Assembly (NCBI GenBank): GCA_031372065.1
Contig: JANMKN010000355.1
Span: 1-10,231 of the forward strand
Reading direction: 5' to 3'
Origin: Abditibacteriaceae bacterium
GTDB lineage: Bacteria > Armatimonadota > Abditibacteriia > Abditibacteriales > Abditibacteriaceae
DNA: 10,231 bases
In this document: one piece after another, positions 1-6,049 of the stretch
Layout of the letters: each line of letters opens with the position of its first letter
Numbering within the stretch: position 1 is the first letter of the stretch
Translations under genes and position numbers: made by a program
The notes under the pieces: model-generated
The model's input: the letters and a program-made list of their open reading frames with translations, nothing else
Databases searched by the model: none
Told to the model about the DNA's origin: nothing

Positions 1-252
1 TTCTCACTGAGGAAAGTGCTTTCCCCACTGGGAAAAGTAGTTTTTCCACGAAGGAAACGAGTTTCTCCACTGAGAAAAGTAGTTTCCTTGCAGAGAAAAG
101 CAGTTTTCCCACTGAGAAAAGCAGTTTTCTCACAAGGAAAAGCAGTTTTCTCACTGAGGAAAGTGTTTTCCCCACGAGGGAAAGTCGTTTTCTCTGTCGG
201 GAAAGTGGTTTTTTCAGAGAGAAAGGTGCTTTTGCCTATTAGAAAAGTAGTC
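1..252. repeat. Degenerate tandem array A: at least 12 units of 21 bp, consensus TTCYCACTGRGAAAAGYAGTT; truncated by the window's left edge
   Basis: Units start at 1, 22, 43, 64, 85, 106, 127, 148, 169, 190, 211 and 232 with no indels (e.g. ttctcactgaggaaagtgctt, tccccactgggaaaagtagtt, ttcccactgagaaaagcagtt). Each period contains an imperfect palindrome TTTTCYC-N3-GRGAAAA. Units 10-12 are more diverged. Confidence 0.95.
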
Positions 253-529
253 TTTGAGGCAGACGGGACGAAAACTGAAAGTGGTTCTAACCGTCGGAGT
301 TTTGCGCTTCGGCGTCAATTTTTTGACAGGAGACAAGGGCAGCTACGCCACATCTGCGGCGAATTCGTAAATTACCAAATCGTGTGTGTTCAAATCCATT
401 TGAGCGGTGTTTTGGCCCTCGTGTTGGTTACAAAAATCTACCGTCTTTTCCCTCTTTCCGCCTTCCCTTCAAATATAAGGAAGCGCCACTTCTCTGACAT
501 AAAGCAAACGCACAGGCGATAAGGGCCGC

Positions 530-566
530 TATACTCATTTTTAGGCTTCCTCTGATTGAAAAAGGA
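530..566 (+). promoter_or_regulatory. Possible -10 box (TATACT, 530-535) and Shine-Dalgarno (AAAGGA, 561-566) for the 572 gene
   Basis: Motifs read directly from sequence; AGGA ends 5 nt before the GTG at 572. No convincing -35 at 17-bp spacing. Confidence 0.35.
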
Positions 567-571
567 AAAAT

Positions 572-3385
572 GTGAACCGGAAAAGCTCTCTTCTCATAGT
601 GCGACTGGTCGCGCTTGTCGGCGTTTTGTGCTTTGTGATGTTCGGCAAGGGCGTGGCGGCGCCACCAAAGGCGTCTAAGGCGGCAACGGATGCGAAAGTG
701 CAAGAATTATCGCGTCAAATTGCTCTGAATCCCAAATCGGAGAAATTGCGCCGCGCTTTGGCCGAGCGTTACGAGGAATTAGGCCTTTATCCGCAGGCGT
801 CGGATGCCTTTGCGCGCGACGCGGCCTTGCAGCGGGAAGCCGCCAAAGGCGATGTGCGGGCGGCGGTTGCCACCGAACAAAAAGCGCGTCGCTATCGCAC
901 CGAGGTTCGCTTATTTCAAGATCGCCCGGCCACGTCCGAAGAACGCACGCGCCTTTATAGCGGTGCGCGTATCGAACCGCCGTTGGGCTGTTACGTTGGC
1001 GCGTTCATAGACCGCGATGATGTGCTGAAAGACACCTACTTCGACGAGAATTTTCAAACGCACCGTTACCCGCAAGAATTTCAAAAGGTCACGGGACGCT
1101 CCCATGCTTCGTATTTTATGTATTTGGCCTATCGCACTTTTGTGATGGATGGGGTCAAGAAAGAACAACAAATTCCGCTGAAATGGTTGGAGCAATGCAA
1201 GCGAGATGGCATTATTCCGCAAATCTCGCTGGAGCCGCACGATTTCGACGAAGTGCGCGACGATGAATATCTGCGCAATTATGCGAAAACCTTGGGCCAA
1301 CTGAATTGGCCGATTTTTGTGCGTTTTGCCGCCGAAATGAACGGCAGTTGGACGAAATGGGGCGCCGATCCGGCCCTTTATCGCGCCAAGTTTCGCCTTG
1401 TGCATCAAACGCTGCATCGCTACGCGCCCAAAGTTGCGACGATTTGGTGCCCGAACAGCGTGCCGGTTAGCACCATCACCGATTATTATCCGGGCGATGA
1501 CGGCTGCGATTGGGTGGGCGTCAATTTATATTGCGTGCCCTATTACAATAACGACCCGAACCGTCCAGCTTCGCGTGATGCGCCGACCACCTTGCTGGAC
1601 CCGATTTATAATCTCTACGCCAACCGCAAGCCGATAGCCATTGCCGAATGGGGCGCCAGTCGTGAAACGCGTTTGCAAGGCAAAGATCAAAGCAGCGAAG
1701 CCTTCGCCCTGCAAAAAATGGCGCTTTTCTATGATGCTTTGCCGCGCCTTTATCCTCGCGTCAAAATGGTCAATTGGTTCGACATGAACGCCCTGCGCCA
1801 TGCTCCACCCGGACGGCAATTGAACAACTACAATTTGACCGAAAGGCCAGAGGTTTTAGCGAATTATCAAAAGGCTATCGAAGAACCGTATTTCATCAAG
1901 TCGCTGAGTAGCGCGCCCACGCCCGAAACGCCCTTACCTTTTCCGCTCAAAGTCGGGCAAATCTGGCAGCAACCGGTGGCTTTGAGCGTTTGGGTGCAAT
2001 CCGTGGCGACGCGTCCATTGGTAACAATGGATGTCGGCGGCAAACGAGTTTATTCCGGGCGCAGTTACGGCGTGCATCGTATGCAAATTGATCCCGCTCA
2101 GCTTTCGGCGGGGCAGCAACGCATCGTCGTGCGCGTTTTTGATGATGAAGCGCGTTTACTGACCACCGAATCCACCGTCGTTGAAGTGCGAAATAAAAAT
2201 TTTGTTGCCGTAGCACCGACAGTCCCGATGATCCAACCAACACCCAAAAAGCCCGCAAATCCAACTGTCAAACCAAAACCGAAGACTGGTGAACCAAGTT
2301 TGGGCAGCTTGATGAATGAAATCAAAACGCAATTAAATTTGCCCGAAAATGCTCTGGGCGCGTTGCCGGGTGCGCCTGCCAAGCCTGCTGCGCCGCCGGT
2401 TGTGACGGTGGTAGCTCCTGTTCCCGAAGACGTGCCGGTGGGCGACTGGATGAAACAGGGTCAAAGCATTTTGGGCGATCTGAAAAAACCACCTTTGGCA
2501 TTGCCCGGTATGCCTGATTCAACCAATGTCAAAAATGAATCGGCCCGCATCCCGATTCCCGTTTCGGGCACCGTGCAGCGTTATTATTCCGACGAATTGG
2601 GCATGGTAACGGCCATGCAAGTGCAGACGCCCGGCTCTACGGAGTTAATTTATTTTCCGCCGCTAATGGCCGCGACGATTAAAGAACGATATCCGGTGGG
2701 CACGCATATCGAAACGTGGCTTTTGCCGCGCCCTGTTACCAACGCAGCCGAAGGGCGCGCCTGGGATTTGGCAGCGCGCGATTTTTCGCAGCCTATAGCC
2801 GAACCGCTGTCGGCGCTTTTGAGCAGCGGTAAGGCGATGCTCGCGCAAATGCGACTGCAAAATGCCAAAGGGCCGCTGACGGCGGAGGGAAACGTAACAG
2901 GCGCCGTGCGCGATCAAAGCGGGCGCGCCGTGGCTTTGATTCTCGATAAAAAAACCTTGGTTTACATCCCTTTGAAATTGCGTCCAGCCACAAAAATCGC
3001 CTCAGCGCCTGTCAAGGCCCCGGAAATGCCTCTCAAAGTGATGGGCCTCGGATTGCAATTGCCGCCCGGCGCCTTGAACTTGTATAGTTCGGTTATCGAA
3101 GCTGGCAGCATTCGCACGCAGGGACGCGTTTTGACGGCTCAGGAATGGGGCAAGTTGGACAACATGGACTGGCAGCCCGATACAGCCTCGCTGGTGCAAT
3201 TGGGCACCGGGTTGGAGCAAAAGCTCCTGCATATTTTGCAGTTGCAATCGTTCGCTGGTGGCATCGAAGACCTCTTGGCAAAAGGCGGAGGCACCGCGCC
3301 CGGCGCAACGGATGTTCCGACCAAACTTTCGCCGCTTCCAACCCCGGAAGAAATTGTGACTGTGACTGGCAAGCGTCCGTGGTAA
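572..3385 (+). CDS. Secreted or membrane-anchored glycoside hydrolase family 26 (beta-mannanase/glycanase-like) multidomain protein
   Basis: 937-aa ORF. Basic then hydrophobic N-terminus, followed by a TPR-like helical segment (LRRALAERYEELGLYPQASDAF). GH26 motifs ISLEP, FVRFAAEMNGSW (acid/base Glu at nt 1334-1336), WCPN, YYPGDDGCDWVGVNLY and KPIAIAEWG (nucleophile Glu at nt 1646-1648). Then a beta-rich Ig-like segment, a Pro-rich linker and a C-terminal duplicated beta module. Confidence 0.88.
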   Translation: MNRKSSLLIVRLVALVGVLCFVMFGKGVAAPPKASKAATDAKVQELSRQIALNPKSEKLRRALAERYEELGLYPQASDAFARDAALQREAAKGDVRAAVATEQKARRYRTEVRLFQDRPATSEERTRLYSGARIEPPLGCYVGAFIDRDDVLKDTYFDENFQTHRYPQEFQKVTGRSHASYFMYLAYRTFVMDGVKKEQQIPLKWLEQCKRDGIIPQISLEPHDFDEVRDDEYLRNYAKTLGQLNWPIFVRFAAEMNGSWTKWGADPALYRAKFRLVHQTLHRYAPKVATIWCPNSVPVSTITDYYPGDDGCDWVGVNLYCVPYYNNDPNRPASRDAPTTLLDPIYNLYANRKPIAIAEWGASRETRLQGKDQSSEAFALQKMALFYDALPRLYPRVKMVNWFDMNALRHAPPGRQLNNYNLTERPEVLANYQKAIEEPYFIKSLSSAPTPETPLPFPLKVGQIWQQPVALSVWVQSVATRPLVTMDVGGKRVYSGRSYGVHRMQIDPAQLSAGQQRIVVRVFDDEARLLTTESTVVEVRNKNFVAVAPTVPMIQPTPKKPANPTVKPKPKTGEPSLGSLMNEIKTQLNLPENALGALPGAPAKPAAPPVVTVVAPVPEDVPVGDWMKQGQSILGDLKKPPLALPGMPDSTNVKNESARIPIPVSGTVQRYYSDELGMVTAMQVQTPGSTELIYFPPLMAATIKERYPVGTHIETWLLPRPVTNAAEGRAWDLAARDFSQPIAEPLSALLSSGKAMLAQMRLQNAKGPLTAEGNVTGAVRDQSGRAVALILDKKTLVYIPLKLRPATKIASAPVKAPEMPLKVMGLGLQLPPGALNLYSSVIEAGSIRTQGRVLTAQEWGKLDNMDWQPDTASLVQLGTGLEQKLLHILQLQSFAGGIEDLLAKGGGTAPGATDVPTKLSPLPTPEEIVTVTGKRPW

Positions 3386-3459
3386 TGTATGGCGGCTAAA
3401 CTACGGAAACGAAATGGGAAAACGAGCGCACGACGGACATTGAACGGCGCCTCAGAAAA

Positions 3460-4800
3460 ATGAATCAGACTTTTCAAGGCTGGAAAAATTGGAGCCGTGA
3501 CTGGAAAACAAAACTAATCGCCGCGTGCCTTTTGCTGGCGTTTGCGTGGTGTTTAATTGCAGTCGGACGGGCGGCAGGCGTCATCAAAGACGACAAAATG
3601 GAGCCAGTTCACAAACCCAAGCCGAAACCAAAGTCTCAACCGAGATCACAACCGTCGGCGAAACCCAAATCCAGACCGAAATTCAGGCCGCGACCCACCT
3701 ATAAGCCCCGTTCGACGCCCAGAACGACGCCTAAACCTGCTCCCAAGCCAACGCCAACAGCGGTTCCCAAACCGACACCGCAGGCAACGCCGAAGCCGAC
3801 TCCGATTCCAGAGCCGCCACCATCTGTCACGCCACGCGTAAGACCCACGCCACGGCCTACGCCGCCGCCACGCACGACGCCGCCCTTTACGCCGTCGTGG
3901 ATTCCGCGCAGTCGGCATCGCCACACCAAAGATGTGCGCGCTGTGGCTTATTCGCACGATGGCGGTTGGCTGGCCTCGGCCAGTTGGCGCATTTCCGAAA
4001 AATCGGGTGTGCCGGTTGGCGAAGTCAAGCTGTGGGATGTCGCCAGTGGCGCCGGTGTGCGCGACTTCACCGGGCATTGGGCCGCCGTAAATGCCATTGC
4101 GTTTTCGCCCGATGACGAAATTTTAGCCACCGCCAGTCAGGATAAGACGATTTATCTGTGGAAAACCAGCGACGGTTCGCAATTGGGCAAGTTATCGGGC
4201 GAGGCACACGTTAATCCCGTCATGGTGTTGGATATTTCGCCCGATGGAAAAACGTTGGTGAGTGGCGATGGCAAAGGCGTCTTGAAATTTTGGAACATCG
4301 CAGACCGCACTTTGCAGCGCACCATGACTCTCAATATTTCCGAGGCGCTGCGCAGTATCGCTTTTTCGTGGACGAAAAATTTGTTTGCAACCGGCGGCGA
4401 AAGCCAGAAAGTGCGCTTGTGGGATTTGCAAACCGGCGACGATAAAGGCACTGTCACCGAAGATCGCGGTTATGTCGCGGCGCTGGCCTTTTCTCCGGAT
4501 GGTAGATATTTGGCGTCGGCGAACTTTAAAACGGTTTGGTTGTGGGATTTGAGCAAGGAGAATTCGCCGCGCGCCCAGTCCGAAAACTCTGGCGTCGTAA
4601 AATCTCTGGCTTTTTCGCCCGACGGTCAAATGCTCGCCAGTGGCGGCGAAGGCGACAGCCTTGTTTTATGGCATTTAAGCAGTGACGAGCGACGCTCTTT
4701 GAGCGGACAGCGCTCTGAAATCTCAGCGCTTTGTTTTGATCCGAGCAATAACGAACTCGCCAGCGCGGATATAGATGGCAACGTGTTGATTTGGAAGTAG
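3460..4800 (+). CDS. Membrane-anchored WD40-repeat protein (7-bladed beta-propeller) with a Pro/Thr/Lys-rich stalk
   Basis: 446-aa ORF. Hydrophobic segment LIAACLLLAFAWCLIAVG, about 100 aa of PKP/PTP low-complexity linker, then seven WD repeats of the type GH-x-V-x-AFSPDG-x-LAS-x-D-x-LW[DKNH]. Confidence 0.93.
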   Translation: MNQTFQGWKNWSRDWKTKLIAACLLLAFAWCLIAVGRAAGVIKDDKMEPVHKPKPKPKSQPRSQPSAKPKSRPKFRPRPTYKPRSTPRTTPKPAPKPTPTAVPKPTPQATPKPTPIPEPPPSVTPRVRPTPRPTPPPRTTPPFTPSWIPRSRHRHTKDVRAVAYSHDGGWLASASWRISEKSGVPVGEVKLWDVASGAGVRDFTGHWAAVNAIAFSPDDEILATASQDKTIYLWKTSDGSQLGKLSGEAHVNPVMVLDISPDGKTLVSGDGKGVLKFWNIADRTLQRTMTLNISEALRSIAFSWTKNLFATGGESQKVRLWDLQTGDDKGTVTEDRGYVAALAFSPDGRYLASANFKTVWLWDLSKENSPRAQSENSGVVKSLAFSPDGQMLASGGEGDSLVLWHLSSDERRSLSGQRSEISALCFDPSNNELASADIDGNVLIWK

Positions 4801-4846
4801 CAGAAACCATCTGCTATAGGTTGGAGATTGGTTTTCGGAGGTATTT

Positions 4847-5701
4847 ATGGGACTTTTGTTAGCGGCCTTGTTAGGCGGTTTTTTCGGCGTGAACGCGATG
4901 GCGACGCCCGAAAAAGCTGGGCAAATCATGACGGAAGCGTTGCAAAAACGCTTTCCCGGCGCGAAGATTGATGCCAAAGTCGAAGGCAAAAGCGGGCGCG
5001 ATGTGTTGCGAGGTCGTTTTCGCAGCGTGCGCCTCGATATGGCCGATTTAGGCGCTGTAGACGGCGTGCCGCTGGGAATGCCCGGCAAAGCCAAAAAGTT
5101 AGGTTGGGTAGGGCACTTTGAGTTGTTCCTGCGCAACTTCACCTTCGATAAAACGGCTGTCGAAAGCGCCGAGTTGAAAGCCGAGCAGATCGCTTACGAT
5201 TTCGATGCGCTCAAAGATAAAAAACAATTGCAAATTGTGCATTGCGGCCCCGCAACGGCCAAAGTCACCGTCGCGGCGGATGCTTTAGAAGCGTTGCTGG
5301 TTGAACGCTTTCCCGACATCCGCGAAGCCGACTTAACTATGCAGGACGGTCAAATTCGTCTCAGCGGCAAAAAAGCGCTGCCATTAATTCGCTTGGGCGT
5401 GCCATTTCATCTGACTTGTCGCATCGAAATCCGCAACAGCAACGAAATCTGGGTCACCGATGAGCGCGTCGCCTTTGAAAAGGTCACTGGCTTCTCGTTG
5501 CCCGTCGGCAAACTTTTCGAGCGGATGAATCCCGTTTATGCCTTCGACAAAGAAAAACAATGGCCCTTTGAAGTGAAACTGACGAACCTAACCACCAAAG
5601 AGGACAAGATGAACATCGAAGCGGCCCTCACCTTCGTGAAAAACGACGCCAACCCGCAAGCTGCCACCGAACCAACGGACGACGATAAAGCGACGCCCTA
5701 A
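4847..5701 (+). CDS. DUF2993 / LmeA-like (putative phospholipid-binding) exported protein
   Basis: 284-aa ORF with SD GGAGG at 4837-4841 and a hydrophobic N-terminus. DVLRGRFRSVRL motif and alternating beta-strand pattern resemble DUF2993/LmeA proteins; family call is from recall, not an HMM search. Confidence 0.65.
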   Translation: MGLLLAALLGGFFGVNAMATPEKAGQIMTEALQKRFPGAKIDAKVEGKSGRDVLRGRFRSVRLDMADLGAVDGVPLGMPGKAKKLGWVGHFELFLRNFTFDKTAVESAELKAEQIAYDFDALKDKKQLQIVHCGPATAKVTVAADALEALLVERFPDIREADLTMQDGQIRLSGKKALPLIRLGVPFHLTCRIEIRNSNEIWVTDERVAFEKVTGFSLPVGKLFERMNPVYAFDKEKQWPFEVKLTNLTTKEDKMNIEAALTFVKNDANPQAATEPTDDDKATP

Positions 5702-5931
5702 TCTCATGCAGAATCGGCTTGCATTCATACAGCCGTGAGCCGAATGCTCACGGAATTGCAGCAATACCGTAGGGAATTGGCTTGAATCCATAGAGAATCG
5801 GCCTGAATCCATAGAGAATCGAGATCATTTCATAGAGAATTGGTCTGATTTCGTAAGGAATCGGAGTGTTTGCGTAGGGAATTGGTCTGTTTTCGTAGGG
5901 AATCGGCTTGTTTTCGTAGGGAATCGGTCTG
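5701..5931. repeat. Degenerate tandem array B: 11 units of 21 bp (8 well conserved, 5764-5931), consensus WWTYCRTAGRGAATYGGYYTG
   Basis: Units start at 5701, 5722, 5743 (degenerate) and 5764, 5785, 5806, 5827, 5848, 5869, 5890, 5911, with no indels (e.g. aatccatagagaatcggcctg, ttttcgtagggaatcggcttg, ttttcgtagggaatcggtctg). Lies between convergent genes and begins at the stop codon of the 4847 gene. Confidence 0.95.
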
Positions 5932-6038
5932 TTTTTGCGCTCCGCAGGGATTTGCCCGACTAAACCCCCATCCAGTTTCCCACAGCGGGAGAAGTTGGAT
6001 GGGGGTTCGCACCGCCCATTTTTTCCGATAGGTATCAA
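5748..6038 (-). CDS. Possible small heptad-repeat protein (N[RK]PIPYE repeats) spanning array B; coding status uncertain
   Basis: 96-aa ORF with a TTG start 11 nt after the stop of the 1240-aa gene and no SD. Unit-to-unit changes often fall at synonymous positions (TAY Tyr, CCR Pro). The repeat continues in frame past the TGA stop. Confidence 0.3.
   Translation of the reverse strand: MIPIGKNGRCEPPSNFSRCGKLDGGLVGQIPAERKNRPIPYENKPIPYENRPIPYANTPIPYEIRPILYEMISILYGFRPILYGFKPIPYGIAAIP
5963..6007. terminator. Strong stem-loop between convergent genes; possible terminator or RNA-processing/stability hairpin
   Basis: Perfect 12-bp inverted repeat AACCCCCATCCA (5963-5974) / TGGATGGGGGTT (5996-6007), extendable inward by G.U pairs and TCCC/GGGA. 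Lies 42 nt past the stop of the - strand gene. No long U-tract directly abuts the stem. Confidence 0.5.
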
Positions 6039-6049
6039 GTCAGGTCAAG

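Noticed and set aside
1..252. Array A (and B) as a CRISPR array
   Set aside because: The period is only 21 bp, there are no unique 25-45-nt spacers between identical repeats, and no cas genes are in the window.
323..328. TTGACA as a sigma70 -35 box
   Set aside because: No acceptable -10 hexamer at 16-18-bp spacing.
343..399. 18-aa - strand ORF MDLNTHDLVIYEFAADVA* as a small protein or tmRNA tag
   Set aside because: No well-spaced SD, no tmRNA tRNA-like ends recognised, and the length is expected by chance.
16..522. 168-aa + strand ORF as a real gene
   Set aside because: Its openness is explained by the repeat. The non-repeat half has no recognisable motif and runs through the likely promoter region of the 572 gene. 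Not fully excluded, because the frame is open to the window edge.
3610..3900. Short-period repeats (CCGACGCC/AAACCC-like) as an independent DNA repeat
   Set aside because: Fully explained by the Pro/Thr/Lys-rich linker codons of the WD40 protein.
5701..6007. Array plus hairpin as a diversity-generating retroelement (TR/VR) or retron
   Set aside because: No reverse transcriptase in the window, no long TR/VR pair, and differences between units are not adenine-specific.
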